A DNA stretch of 64,000 nucleotides. Source: the human T2T-CHM13v2.0 reference genome, Homo sapiens. Every line of letters starts with the position of its first letter. Within the stretch, counting starts at the first letter, position 1. Positions 1-13,626 of the stretch are shown piece after piece. The notes under the pieces were generated by a model that was not told where the DNA came from, ran no database searches, and worked only from the letters and a program-made list of their open reading frames with translations. The stretch lies in assembly GCF_009914755.1 (NCBI RefSeq), contig NC_060935.1, one strand, 5' to 3'. The position numbers and the translations under genes are program-made.

Positions 1-689
1 ATGGAATTTCAAGAGTTGCAGACTTCCTCTCATGATCCACTGTTTTACGGTTGTTTTTGCATTGTGCAGAAACTCAGGATTCTGGAACTAATCACATTTT
101 TAAAATAAATATGATTAGTGTAAAGCAGGTTAACTGTGCATTGGTTACCCACGTCATAGTCTGGTGAGACAGAACTACTCATAGGCAATAAATTACATTG
201 GGTGTACTTATTATTTATACACAGACAGCAGAGACCAAAAAAAAAGCCTAGGGTCCACTGTGAACTGGTCCCTCAGGGCTCAAGAAAGCTGCCTGAGGCA
301 GAAGTCTCAGCTGTGTGTAGCCCTATTGCACCAAAGCTGGAGGGACTCTGTAAAGCAGCTCAACCTGGTTATAAACCTTACAGGCCATGTGAATCAATGG
401 GCTAAAGCTTCAAAGGACGTCCTGCTTCACGCCAGAGAGAAACAAAGCCTGCATTGATCAGAGCAGTTATTTTCTAACCTAAGATGTTATATCCTCTAGG
501 AGGGATAGGGGGATGATCTGGGCTGTTTCTGACACTCTATCCCTAGCTCAGGATATTTCATTCTTAACACATTTTATAGTTATTCTTGAGAACTACTAGT
601 GGGAAAGGGAAGTGCACTGTCCTGCAATTAGTAATCCCATTGAAATATTGATAGTTACATAATATAGCACAGCACACACACATACCCAT

Positions 690-1225
690 GCACAAGCATT
701 TACTAGGACTTACTTGTGATGCATTTAAACTTCATAATAAACCTAGAATCTCATCTCTTTATTATGGATGAGGAAATGAAGTCTAACAAAGCATATAACT
801 TATTTATAGTAGTGTTAGTTCATTTCCATGCTACCAATAAAGATATACCCAAGTCTGAGTAATTTATAAAGAAAAGAAGTTTAATGGACTCACAGTTCCA
901 CATGGCTGGGAAGGCCTCACGATCATGGCAAAAGGTGAAGAAAAAGCAAAGGCACTTCTTACATGGTGGCAGGCAAGAGAGTGTATGCAGGGGAAGTGCC
1001 TTTTATAAAACTATCAGGTCTTGTGGGACTTATTCACTATCACAAGAACACCATGAGAAAAAAACCGCCCCTATTATTCATTTAACTCCTACTGGGTCCC
1101 TCCCAAGACACAGGAGGATTATGGGAGCTACAGTTCAAGATGAGATTTGGATGGGGACACAGCCAAACCATATCAATGGTCACATACCTAGTAAAGCTTA
1201 GAATCAAGAAAACAACTCAAGCATT
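690..1225 (-). mobile_element. MIR fragment split by the THE1 LTR at 811-1175
   Basis: 'atggatgaggaaatgaagtc' lies left of the LTR and 'atggtcacatacctagtaaag' right of it; both match consecutive parts of the MIR core (antisense). Confidence 0.5.
811..1175 (-). mobile_element. THE1C/D-type solo LTR (ERVL-MaLR)
   Basis: Ends in 'gatgagatttggatggggacacagccaaaccatatca' (reverse complement of the THE1 5' end); near-TSD atagt/atggt. Confidence 0.9.
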
Positions 1226-1329
1226 TAAAAAATTAAATATTTTGTTTTATTGACTATTCTTGTTTTATCTTTTATTCTTGCACTAATTCAATTATCAAAC
1301 CATATAATACCAGTGCACTACTATTTCCG

Positions 1330-1520
1330 TTATAGCTGTTCTACTTCAGGTCAATATAATCTATGCCTTAACTATACACCTGATATTCTAAATGGCCATC
1401 CTCTTTCTTATTTCTCCCCCTCTAGACTGTTCTAAATATGGCCAAAGGATTCCTAAAGCATAGTTTGGGTGACGTCATTCTCGTCTTCAAAAAACTGTCT
1501 ATGTACTCATTGCCTACTCA
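1330..1520 (+). mobile_element. L2 fragment
   Basis: Degenerate match to the L2 3' region ('ctaaatggccatcctc...gacgtcattctcgtcttcaaaaaactgtctatgtactcattgcc'). Confidence 0.5.
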
Positions 1521-1692
1521 ATTGTTAGTGTTATGGGAGAATGTTAGAATTGAAGAATCTCCAACAATTCTTAGTCAAGAAATGGAATTTGTTACTAACA
1601 TTCCTGTAAAAGCACTGCCGTAGCATGACATAAAAAACTTGCAAAAAAATTTGTTCTGCAATCTATGACCACATACCAGCCAAACTACCCAT

Positions 1693-1735
1693 TGTGTGTG
1701 TGTGTGTGTGTTTGTGAGTGTGTGTGTGTATGTAT
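1693..1735. repeat. (TG)n microsatellite
   Basis: Seen directly. Confidence 0.95.
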
Positions 1736-1949
1736 ATTTTTCCCCTGAGGGCAACATTCAAAAATACCTGACAAGCATATGATATTACTCACTCAGCTAA
1801 GTACATATATATTTTACTTGCTTTTATCTTTTTTCATACTCTTGATAGAGAATTCTCTTGAAATAAAGTAGTTAATACAGTTGACTCAAGGTATATTTAC
1901 TCCCTTTACCAAAGGGTAGATTAGATAGACTTCTAGGGGAGAAAGTAAA

Positions 1950-2892
1950 ATATATATACGTATACATATATATGTATATTATATATATATATACACGTAC
2001 ACATATATATGTATATGTTTATATATATACGTACATGTATATATACGTATATATACACATATACATACGTATACGTATATACATATACACATATATACGT
2101 ATACGTATGTATATACATATACACATATATACGTATACGTATATACATATACACATATACATACGTATACGTATATACATATACACATATATACGTATAC
2201 ATATGTATATACATATACACATATATACGTATATGTATGTATATACATATACATATATATGTATACATGTACATGTATACATATACATACATATACATAC
2301 ATGTATATGTATGTATACCTATACATGTATGTACATATATATGTATATACATATACATTCATATACATATGTATGTACATATATATGTATATACATATAC
2401 ATTCATATACATATGTATGTACATATATATGTATATACATATGCATTCATATACATATGTATATACATATGCATGCATATACATATGTATATACATATGC
2501 ATGCATATACATATGTATATACATATGCATGCATATACATATGTATATACATATGCATGCATATACATATGTATATACATATGCATGCATATACATATGT
2601 ATATACATAGCATGCATATACATATGTATATACATATACATATATGCATATACATATATACATATATGCATATACATATATACATATACATACATATACA
2701 TATACATATACGTGTATATACATATACATATATACATGTACGTGTATGTATATATACATGTACATATATGTATATATACATGTACATATATGCATACACA
2801 CATATATGTATGCATATAGACATATATGTATATATGTATATACTTATATGGATATGTGTGTGGGTGTGTGTGTGTATACATATATATATATA
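1950..2892. repeat. About 940-bp compound TA/CA/TG alternating purine-pyrimidine repeat, including 5 copies of a 28-bp unit at 2461-2600
   Basis: Seen directly; unit atatacatatgcatgcatatacatatgt. Confidence 0.97.
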
Positions 2893-3347
2893 AAATCTTC
2901 TCTGTTCTCCTCTTCAACTGAATACCAAAGTAAATAGACTTTGGTTAAGGATTACGTAAAGTTAATAAGCCTGAATCTATGAAGCATTACTCTCAGGAAA
3001 ATATCTTGTAAGATACATAACTCCCTTAGGGTAACATATAATGGAGATGTTTCATAGTTTGAGGGTTCATTGCTATGTAATGTCGCTCAGCAAACCTCAC
3101 TTAGAACTAGTACTCTACACGAGAGGTGTGTGTGTCATGAGTGAAAGAAGAACCTGGGAAGCACCCCATGAGTCCCAGATCTCACTCTGACTTGTCTGAG
3201 CCTGTATCCATGATGCCTTAGTAAAGCTTGAAACTGGGTAATATCTCTGGTTTATGTGAATCTGATTTGACAATCTGATCCTCTACATGGACTCAGTTTC
3301 CTTCTTTGTAATTCTCTTTTTCTTTAATGTCCTTCTGTGTGTGTGTG

Positions 3348-3675
3348 ATAAAATACATATAAGATTAAATTTATACTCTTAAATGTTTTAGCGTATAAAA
3401 CAGTATTTATAACTATAAACAGTGTTGTTCCGTAGAACTCTAGAACTTTCTCATTTTGCATAACTGAAACTTCATACAGATTGAGCAGCAACTCCCCATT
3501 GCTTCGTCCTCCCAGCCCTGGCAGCCATCATTCTACTTTTTACTTCTATGAGTTTGTTTACTTTAGATACCTCATGTAAGGGACATCATTTAGTGTTTGC
3601 CTTTCAGTGTCTGTTTGCCCTTCAGTGTCTGGCTTATTTTATGCGGCATAATGTCCTCAAACTTCATCCATGTTA
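3348..3675 (-). mobile_element. L1MA/L1MB 3' end fragment
   Basis: 'cccagccctggcagccatcattctactttttacttctatgagtttg...ggcataatgtcctcaaacttcatccatgtt' is a typical L1M 3'UTR in antisense. Confidence 0.85.
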
Positions 3676-3681
3676 GATGGC

Positions 3682-4245
3682 TGCTGTGGTCTAAATGTTT
3701 TCCCCAAAATTCATGTATTGAAACTTTATCACCAATGTGATAGAATTAAGAGGTGGAGACTTTAAGAGATGATTAAATCATGAGGGCACAGCCTCATCTT
3801 TAGAAAGCCTTACATCTTTCTAAAGGGGTTTAAAGAATTGGATTGGAGGTCTTCTGATCATCTACCATGTAACACAGCGAAAAGGCCCTCACCAGGCACA
3901 CAACCTGCCGGTACCTTGATCTTGGACTTCTCAGCCTCCAGGATTGTAAGGAATAAATTTATGTGGCTTATACATTACCCAGTCTGTGGTATTCTGTTAT
4001 AGTAGAAAAAATGGACTAAAGGAGAAATTGGTACTGAAGAGTGCAGTGTTGTTATAACAAGTACATCAAGATGTGGAAAAGGCTTTGGAACTGGATAATG
4101 GGTAGAGACTGGAACAATTTTGAAGTGCGTGCTAGAAAAGCTTAGATTGCTAAGAACAGACCATCCAGGGCAATTCCTATGAGGGTTCAGAATAAGAGAT
4201 GAGTGGTAGGGAAAGTCTCAATCTTGGAGACTATATAACTGATCA
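3682..4245 (+). mobile_element. MSTC/MSTD/MLT1A-type LTR (3682-~4023) plus the start of the internal sequence
   Basis: 'tgctgtggtctaaatgtt...accttgatcttggacttctcagcctccag...atggactaaa' is followed by the MaLR-int start 'gaaattggtac...ggctttggaactggataatgggtagag'. Confidence 0.85.
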
Positions 4246-4447
4246 TGGCAAGGAGAAATATGGACTAGGAATTGAAAACTGCCTGAGAAGCTAAATGGCA
4301 TTACATACCAGATTTGGTTTAAAGTGCATTAGGTAAGAGCTTAGTGTTGTCACTTTATTTTAAGCTGTCCCCTTAGAATGAAAATGGTAACATACATTAA
4401 TAAGAGCTCTGGGAACAGTGATCTGTCTGGTCTAAACAGTATTATTC

Positions 4448-5435
4448 TTGCCTGATTTCCCTGGCCAGAGCTTCCAATACTATGTTGAATAGGAGTGGTG
4501 AGACAGGGCATCCTTGCAGGGCATCCTTGTCTTGTGCTGGTTTTCAAGGGGAATGCTTCCCACTTTTACCCATTCCGTATAATGTTGGCTGTGGGTTTGC
4601 CGTATGTGCCTCTTAATTTTTCAGGTATATTCCTTCAATACCTAGTTTATTGAGACTGTATGACATGAAGGAATGTTGAATTTTACAGAAAGCCTTTTCT
4701 GCATCTATTGAGATAATCATGTGGTTTTTGTCTTTAGTTAGATGAATCATATTTATTGAGTTGCATATGTTTAATTCACCTTGCATCCCAGGGATGAAGC
4801 TTACTTGAATATGGTGGATAAGCTTTTTGATGTGCTTCTGGATACAGTTTGCCAGTATTTTGTTGACAATTTTTGTATTGATGTTCATCAAGAATATTAG
4901 TCTGAAGTTTTCTATTTTAGTTGTATCTCTGCCAGGTTTGGTATCAAGGTGATGCTGGCTCCATATAATTAGTTAGGAAGGAGTTCCTCCTCCTCAATTT
5001 CTTGGAATAATTTTAGTAGGAAATGTATCAGCTCCTCTCTGTACATCTGGTAGAATTCAGCTGTAAATCCATCTTGTCCTGTGGTCCTTGGCTCTTTCTT
5101 TTTTTTTTTTTTTTGGTTGGTAGGCTATTTATTATGGCCTCAATTTTTGAACTCGTTATTGGTCTGTTCAGGGATTGAATTTCTTCCTGGTTCAGTCTTG
5201 GAAGGGTGTATATATCCAGGAATGTATCCATTTCTTCTAGATTTTCTAGTTTATGTGCATAGAGGTGTTCATAATATTCTCTGATGGTTGTTGGTATTTC
5301 TGTGGGATTAGTGATGATATCTTATTGTTTCTGATTGTGTTTATATGAATCTTCTTCTCTTATTAGTCTAGCTAGCAGTCTATTTTATTATTTTTTTTTC
5401 AAAAAGCCAGCTCCTGGAGTCATTGATATTTTGAA

Positions 5436-5489
<54 letters not shown>

Positions 5490-8070
5490 TATCTCCTTCA
5501 GTTCTGCTCTGATTTTGGTTATTTCTTGACTTTTGATAGCTTTGGGATTTGTTTGATCTTGGTTCTCTAGTTGTTTTAGTTGTGATGTACGGTTGCTAAC
5601 TTACATCTTTCTACTTTTTGATTTGGGCATTCAGTGCTATAATTTTTCCTTTAGTACTGCCTTAGCTGTGTCCCAGAGATTCTGGTATATTGCATCTTTG
5701 CTCTCATTAGTTTCAAATATCTTCTTGATTTCTGCCTTAATTTCATTATTTACCTAAAAGTCATTCAGGAACAGTTTATTCAATTTCCATGTAACTGTAT
5801 GGTTTTGAGATGATTTCTTAGTCTTGATTTCGAATTTGATTGTGCTGCTGTCTAAGAGGCTGTTTGTTATGATTTCAGTTATTTTGCATTTGCTGAGGTA
5901 TGTTTTACTTCCAATTATGTGATTAATTTTAGAGTAAGTGCCATGTTCCTATGAGAAGAATGTGTATTTTGTTGTTTTTGAGTGAACAGTTCTGTAGATA
6001 TCCATGAGTTCCATTTGATCCAGTGCTGAGTTCAGTTCCTGAATATTTTTGTTAATTTTCTGTCTCGATGATCTAATATTATTAGTGGGGTGTTAAAGTC
6101 TCCCACTGTTATTGTGTGGGACTCTAGATCACTTTGAAAGTCTCCAAGAACTTGCTTTACAGGGCATTCGGGTAGGAAGCAAGAAAGTCAAACTATCCCT
6201 GTTTGCAGATGACATGATCCTATACCTAGACAATCCCATAGTCAGCCCAAAAGCTTCTTAAGCTGATAAACAACTTCAGCCAACTCTCAGCATACAAAAT
6301 AAATGTGCAAAAATTATTAACATTTCATATACCAACAGCAGTCAAGCCAGGAGCCAAATCAGGAATAAACTCCCATTCACAATTGCCAAAAATAAAAATA
6401 AAATAAAATACATAGAAATACAGATAAGTAGGGAGGGGAAAGATCTCTACAAGGAACTATAAACCACTGCTGAAAGAAATCAGAGATGACACAAACAAAT
6501 GGAAAAACATTCCATGTTCACAGATACGAAGAATCAGTATCATTAAAATGACCACACTGCCCAAAACAATTTATAGATTCAATGATGCTCTCATTAAACT
6601 ACCACTGACATTTTTTACAGAACTAGAAAAACTATTTTAAAATTAATCTGAAACCCAAAAAGAGCCTGAATACCCAAGGCAATACTAAGCAAAATTAACA
6701 AAGCTGGAGGCATTGTGCTACCTGGCTTCAAACAATACTACAGGGCTATAGCAACCAAAACAGCATGGTAGTGGTACAAGAACAGATACATAGAGCAATG
6801 GAACAGAACAGAGAACCCAGAAAAAGACCACACATCTAAAACTATCTGATCTTTTACAAACCTGAAAAAAAAAACAAGCAACAGGGAAAGGATTCCCTAT
6901 TCAATAAGTGGTGCTGGGATAAGTGGCTAGCCATAGGCAGAAGGCTGAAACTGGACCCCCTTCCATACATCATATACAAAAATTAACTCAAGATGGTTTA
7001 AAGACTTACATGTAAAATCCAAAACTATAAAAACCCTAGAAGACTCTAGGCAACAGCATTTAGGACATAGGCATGGGCAAAGATTTTATGAAGAAGATGC
7101 CAAAGGCAATTGCAACAAAAGCAAAAATTGACAAATGGTAGCTAATTAAGCTAAAGAGCTTAAAGAACTTCTGCACAGAAAAAGAAACTACCTCAAAACT
7201 ATTTGTAAACAGAGAGCCTACAGAAAAGAAGAAAATGTTTGCAAATTATGCAGTTGACAATGGTCTAATATCCAACATCTATAAAGAACTCAAAAACACT
7301 TACAATAAAAAAATAAGGCCATTAAAAAGTGGGCGAAGGACATAAACAGACACTTCTCAAAAGAAGGCATACATGTGGCCAAGAATCATATGAAAAAAAG
7401 CTCAACATCACTGATCATTATAATAGGCAAATCCAAACCACAATGAGATATCATCTCACACCAGTCAGAATGGCTATTACTAAAAAGTCAAAAAATAACA
7501 GATGCTGGTGAGGTTGTGGAAAAAGGGAACGTTAATACACTCTTGGTGGGAGTATAAATTAGTTCAGCCATTGTGGAAGACACATGCACGTGTATGTTCA
7601 TTGCAGCACTACTCACAATAGCAATGACATGGAACCAACTTACATGCCCATCAATCATTGACTGGATGAAGAAGATGTGGTACATATACACCATGGAATA
7701 CTATGCACCCGTAAACGAGAATGAGACCTTGTCCTTTTCAGGGACATGGTCTTTATCCATGAGGGATAAAGAGAGGCCTTTATCCTTAGCAAACTAACAC
7801 AGGAACAGAAAGCCAAATACCACATGCTCTCAATTATAAATAGGAGCTAAATAATGAGAACATATGGACACATAGAGGGTAACAACACACACTGGCCCCT
7901 TTCAGAGGCTGGAGGGTTGGAGGAGGGAGAGGATCAGGAAAAACAACTAATGGGCCTAGGCTTAATACCTGGGTGATGAAATAATCTGTACAACAAACCC
8001 CCATGACACAAGTTTACCTATGAAACAAACCTACACTTGTATCCCTGGACTTAAAATAAATTTTTTTTAA
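4448..8070 (+). mobile_element. 5'-inverted L1PA13-15-type element (antisense ORF2 part 4448-6160, sense part 6161-8070)
   Basis: The antisense part starts at the [11 protein letters not shown] region and the sense part resumes at [12 protein letters not shown]; 3'UTR 'ggatcaggaaaaacaactaatgggcctaggcttaatacctgggtgatg'; degenerate TSD aaacagtattattc (4434-4447) / aaattgtactattc (8072-8085). Confidence 0.93.
5438..5488. repeat. (TG)~25 microsatellite inside L1
   Basis: Seen directly. Confidence 0.95.
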
Positions 8071-11000
8071 AAAATTGTACTATTCATAGGACAAAATGAC
8101 TGTTTTGAAAATGTTCTTGTTTGTTCATTTGTTCATTGCCATTTCTGTAATCCATAGAGGAAACTTCTTCTTTTGCCTCTTTATTCCTTTTGTGTCATTT
8201 TCCTATACAATTTTATGCCTTGAACATTCTCAAAATATCTACACAAAGACCCTAGTTTTTGTGTCTGTGATTAAGACCAACAATGCCTACTGCATGGAAG
8301 ATTGAAAGGGATATATTTTAAATGACTAGTCTTAATAAGTACTCAATAAAATATCACTAATATTATTTAATCTGGGTTTCTATTAGATCAAACAGTTACT
8401 ACTTTTCATTCTAATTTTTTTTTTTTTGCAAACTTAGATCCTGTACTGGAAACTGATTTTAAAATTGTGTGCAAAAAGAGAGAGAAATAATATGTTCATT
8501 TTGGGGGTTATTATAACAGCTTGTTAGTAATATTTTGAAATTAGAAAAATATTGACAATAAAACCAGGGGCCCTAAATCATTTCCTCAAGCTCACACCTT
8601 GAGCTAGTATCAGAAGCAAATAGAAACCTTGTCTTTTAACTTCCAATGACTGTACCATATATTTACATATCATAATTTGTGCAAAGCTTTTTAAATACAT
8701 TTTCCTCTCAATTAGTACTTAAAATTATAACTATGAATTTAATTTTTAAAATTCTCAACTTGTTCAATATTTTGGGGCTGCCTTTCCTTTAAAATTTTCA
8801 AAAAAATACGCCAGTATATCCCAAACTCCTTTACCTACCATAGGAAGATCAGTTAGAATAAATCCAAAAGCTTAATAAAAACGGGACACTGAAGGGAGAA
8901 TTTTTTATGGGATTCATTTTAAACGTTTATGTAACTCTTTGAGAAGTCGTAAGCTTTCCTTTTATTTTAGATTATGTTACTGGATTATAATTTGTCTTCA
9001 ATATTTTATAAAAGACCTATACACACACCACACTCACACGCACATACACACATGCACACACAGGTTTGGGTTTGAAGAGCAATGAACTAAAATTTAATTT
9101 CCTGGGTTAATAGGGTAAGAAGTTTGAAAAGCTTTCCCAAAATTCTTCCAAACTGACTTAAACAAAATAAGGTTTGCAGCAACTCCATTAGCAAAGCTCG
9201 TTTAAGCTCAAAACAAAAACACACATCCATGCATATTCAAGATAGGAATGAACTCTAAGTTCAGAGAGTCCATTCTTTAGCTCTTGAGAGTTTGTTGCTC
9301 TATTTTGCTTTAAAACATATTTTCATCTGCTTTAAATGAGGTAACTTGAACATACACAGACAAAAATGACCATCATAGAACACAACTGGCAGTACCAAGG
9401 TCTGTTTTCCCAGAGTTTTCTCTGTGCAATCTATATCAATTGTCAGCTAATTATACATTAGCTACTAAATTGAGATAGTGCCCTCAAACGATGCTCAGTT
9501 GTCTTTGTAAATAAGAGATTATTTTTTATGTAAGATATCAAAAACAGCTGGATAAAAATACTTGCTAAACCAACAAAAAGTTTAATTTTGGCAGATTATT
9601 TTGAGAGAGATAGACAAATGATTAGGCGACTTTCAGATTGGAAATTTATTAGAATGTTGATTTATCTTTTAATGTATCCCAAGTACCTAGAATGGTACTT
9701 GACCCATATAGAAACTTATTTCATTATTATAAAATGAAAAATGTCCTCTTGTGTTTAATTGCAAGGTAAAACACACATGCAAATAAACACAACTATTAAA
9801 AGCTGACAAAGTTCACTTGCAGGAGGTTGTAAATTTTTTTAGGTCTCAAAATGTGCAAACCAAAGGAATATAACCGACTTTAAACGTTGTCATATATAAA
9901 CTCTTTGGTCTGGGAAAAGTCCCAAACAACTTTGCTTCCAGAGAGTAGATCTCACAACTTTGGTAATTGTTAATCAGTGGTAATCATTATAAATCTAGGT
10001 AAGATTATTTTACACATAAAAGCCAATTAATGAATACTTACTAGTGAACTGATGACAATATTCTTACAAAGCAAAGTAATATAAATAAATTTAAAAATCA
10101 CCTAAAGGAAGAAATAATCTCCAGGCCCATCAGTTTAGAATGTATTTTCAAAAAAGAAACATTAAAATGTAAACAATTTGTGGATTAGAAATTTTTCACT
10201 CTTGGAGCTCCCTTGGAGATCATTCAGATTAATCACTTTTCCCCAAATTTGAAATGTTGGAATTTTGTCTGTGACACCCCTGAAAGACCATAGGGCTTTT
10301 ATCCAAACACTATACTTGAAGGGTTTTATATATGCATATCCAGGAGAATCTGCTTCTGTAGTTTTAGAATGCACTTTATTATTAGATTCAGGAACCTAAA
10401 TTTAGAGAAGGCACACCTCCAATAGGCAATTTCCAGGCATCATTTCATTACCACCTACAAGAACATGATTTTCACATGAGAATATTAAGATTAATTAAAT
10501 GACTTTTAACGTTTATTTCTTCTGTGATTGCAAATTTTCCTTATGTGTATGGTAGCAAAATAATGTAGAAAATAAAATTAAACAGTCTCACACTTTTAGT
10601 AGAACATCATGCCTTCAAAAAAGCTCAGATCAACAGTGTTATAAGGCTTTAAACTATACCTTATGTAAATCTCTTGGTTTCTGGGATAAATGCCAAAAGC
10701 AATTTAGATACAGTCATACTTCCCCATAACATTAACACCCTTCATGTTTGCTCATTTGAAGATCAGTTAATCACTAGTATTCATCAGTCTAGGCAAGAGC
10801 TTAGTTACATATAGAGAGGTTAAATACTCTTTAGTAAACTAATAACAATCATCACGGAAAAAAAAATGATCATCTTAATGTAAAGAGACAAAAGAAAAAT
10901 CATAGCCCTTAAAATCCAGGGTCATGAATTTCAGCAACTCTTTGAACTGAAAAATTTCATGACAGAGGAGTATCTTATATATTAAGTAGTCTTCCCTTAC

Positions 11001-11347
11001 TTAAATGCTAAATTATTCTGCCATCCATAGCACATGGTCATCCAGGCTTTACAAAAATACTCAGGCCTTAGATGCTCACAAGCAAAGAGGCTGCACAGCA
11101 AAGTGCATATTAAAGGTCTATCAAGTATATTGGGTCTAGGAATTGTAGAAAGATAAATCTAATTAAATAATTTGTATTCAGAAGCTTCAATTTTTAAATA
11201 ATGTCAAAATATCTAATGGTCTTTCTTAGCATGAGAAAGTTTTTACTAAGACTGGTGAAGTGCCACTAATATATTTTTTTAATTTTAAATTTCAATTGCT
11301 CTTTGGCATTATGCAGAAACACAACTGAATTGGAAATGGTAATGTCA

Positions 11348-12195
11348 TATCCTATGAATTCACTAAATTCGTTTTTAGTTCTAGGAATTTTTTGTAAATT
11401 CCTTTGAGTTTTCTGTCTTGACAATGACAACACTGTGAACAAGGACAGTTTTACCTTTTTTCAACCTGTAAAACATTTTATTTCTTTCTTGTCTTATAAC
11501 ACTATTTAGGGTCTCAATACAAAGTCAAAGTAGAGTGACAAAAGAGTACACCCTACCGTTTTCCCTGATTTTGGAGGGAAAACTCAGTGTTTTACACTGT
11601 GAATGTTATAGGGATTTTGTAGGTGCCCTCCATCAGGTTAAGAAGTTTGCCTCTATTCTTGGTTTGCAAAGAATTTTTATTAGGAATGGATGTTAACTTT
11701 AGATGAATGCTTTTCTGTAATAATCATGATTCTTTTTTTTTTAGTCTCTTAATAAAGTGAGTTGCATTGATTGGTTTTTGAATGTTGAACTGGCCTTGAA
11801 TTCCTGACGTAAACTCCACTGCTTAGGTTATACTATCAATTTTACATATAAAAAATTATTGGATTAGATTTACTAGTACTTTGAAAATATTTGTATCTCT
11901 GTTAATGAAGAATATGAGTCTGCAGTAATGTTTCATTTAATGCCTTTGTCTGATTTGAGTATTAGGTTAATGTTGACCATACAAAATCACTTGAGACATT
12001 TGCTCTCATCTTCTAATTTCTGGAAAAAATTATGAAGAGCTGATTGTATTCCATAAATATTGTATATAATTTACCAATGAAAGTATCTTTGCCTGGGGTT
12101 TTAAGTATAAAGTAACAAATTTCAATAGATCTAAAAACTATTTAATTATTTATTTTTTCTTGAATCAGTTTTAGTAGTTAGTACCTTCAAGGAAC
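11348..12195 (-). mobile_element. Old L1M ORF2 fragment
   Basis: Degenerate antisense ORF2 ('ggaatggatgttaactttagatgaatgcttttctg', 'ggttaatgttgaccatacaaaatcacttgag'). Confidence 0.8.
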
Positions 12196-12239
12196 TTTTG
12201 TTATGGAATAGAGTTGTTTTCATGTTGTTTGTACAGACT

Positions 12240-13090
12240 TGCTACAGAAACACTTTCAAAATGTTCTTCAAGCTAAAAAGAATATCTAATGGAAAGTCAA
12301 AAAATGAGTAAAGAACACTGGAACTAAAACTCTAAGATTAAATATAATATATGCTTATTTATTCCTCCTAATTTATTATATATACATATATATTTAAGTC
12401 AAGATAATTATAACATTATGTTTTGGAAATTAAAACAGATAAATTTAATGTCTACAACACCAAACATTTAAAGGATGAGTGGTAGGCAAATAATGGTAAT
12501 GTTTCTGCCTTCTATATAAAGTAATAAAAAATTAATTATAACTAAATGTAAAGCGTTAAGGGCATATATAATTGCTCTCAGAGCAATCAATGAAAAACAT
12601 GAAAATACATTTAGCTAAAGGCAATGACAAAATTAAAATTAAACTTTGAAAATTGACAAATAACACAAAATAAATATAGAAAAAAAACAAAACCAGAAGG
12701 CAATAAAATACGTATAAAATATTACCCCCAAACCCCAAAATATCACATTAAATATAAAGTTAATAATAACACAACTTAAGGCAATACTGTCAGACTAAGA
12801 CTAAATCAGACAGAACAAAAGAAAGCAAAATGAAAATAGGACTCAACTCTAAACTTCTTACAAGAGGCAATCTTTAAATGGGAAAACAGTGTGTGAAAAT
12901 AACTAAATACATAGATGTATAAAGAATACTAAAAAAACACTAATTTTAAAAAGTCACAGTGACCATATTAATATCAGATGAAATATCAAAACAATATTGT
13001 AATGAGGTAAAGGAGAAAATTTTATGATGGCAAAGTGTCAATTTATTATGACAACAATCATAAATATCTATGCACCTAATAAGTTCTTAT
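12240..13090 (+). mobile_element. Old L1M inter-ORF / ORF2 endonuclease fragment
   Basis: A-rich; 'atattaatatcagatgaaata', 'aacaatcataaatatctatgcacctaataa' (NIYAPN motif). Confidence 0.7.
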
Positions 13091-13094
13091 ATTA

Positions 13095-13622
13095 AAAAGG
13101 CACCAACATGTGTATCTTTTTTGCAGCACAATTCACAATTGCAAAATATGGAATCAATCTTAGGTGTACATCAGTTGATGTGTGGATAAAGAAAATATTG
13201 TGTATGGGTGTGTGTTTGTGTGTGTGTGTGTGTATGCGTGTGTGTGTATCCATACTATGGAATACTACTCAGTCACAAAAAATAATGAAATACTATATTT
13301 TGCAGTAACTCAGTGGAACTGGAGGCCATTATCCTAAGTGAAGTAACTCAGGAATAGAAATCCAAATACCACATGTTCTCACTTCTAAGTAGGAGCTAAG
13401 CTATGTGTACACAAAGTCATACAGAGTGGTTTAATGGACACTGGAGACTCAAAAGTGGGAAGGATGGAAGAGGGTGAGGGATGACAAATTATCTATTGGG
13501 TAAAATGTACATTATTCAGGTAATGGGTACAGTAAAATCTCAGAATTCACCACTATATACAATTCATCCATGTAATAACCAAAAACCAGTTGTACCCCTA
13601 AAGCTATTGAAATAAAAAAAAT
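13095..13622 (+). mobile_element. L1PB3/L1PB4-type 3' end with an internal (TG)n
   Basis: 'gggtacagtaaaatctcagaattcaccactatatacaattcatccatgtaa...gtacccctaaagctattgaaataaaa'. Confidence 0.85.
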
Positions 13623-13626
13623 TAAT

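Noticed and set aside
202-457. Two short ORFs in unique sequence
   Set aside because: No recognisable domain, GTG starts, no supportable splice structure; length expected by chance
2461-2620. 28-bp repeats with palindromic cores, superficially CRISPR-like
   Set aside because: Head-to-tail with no spacers, no cas genes, and primate genomic context
1933-2937. Many overlapping 89-294 aa ORFs rich in Y/I/M/H/C/V
   Set aside because: Artefact of an alternating purine-pyrimidine repeat, which rarely produces stop codons in any frame
11348-13090. Oppositely oriented old L1M pieces as a third twin-priming event
   Set aside because: The breakpoints are not adjacent in L1 coordinates and no TSD is visible
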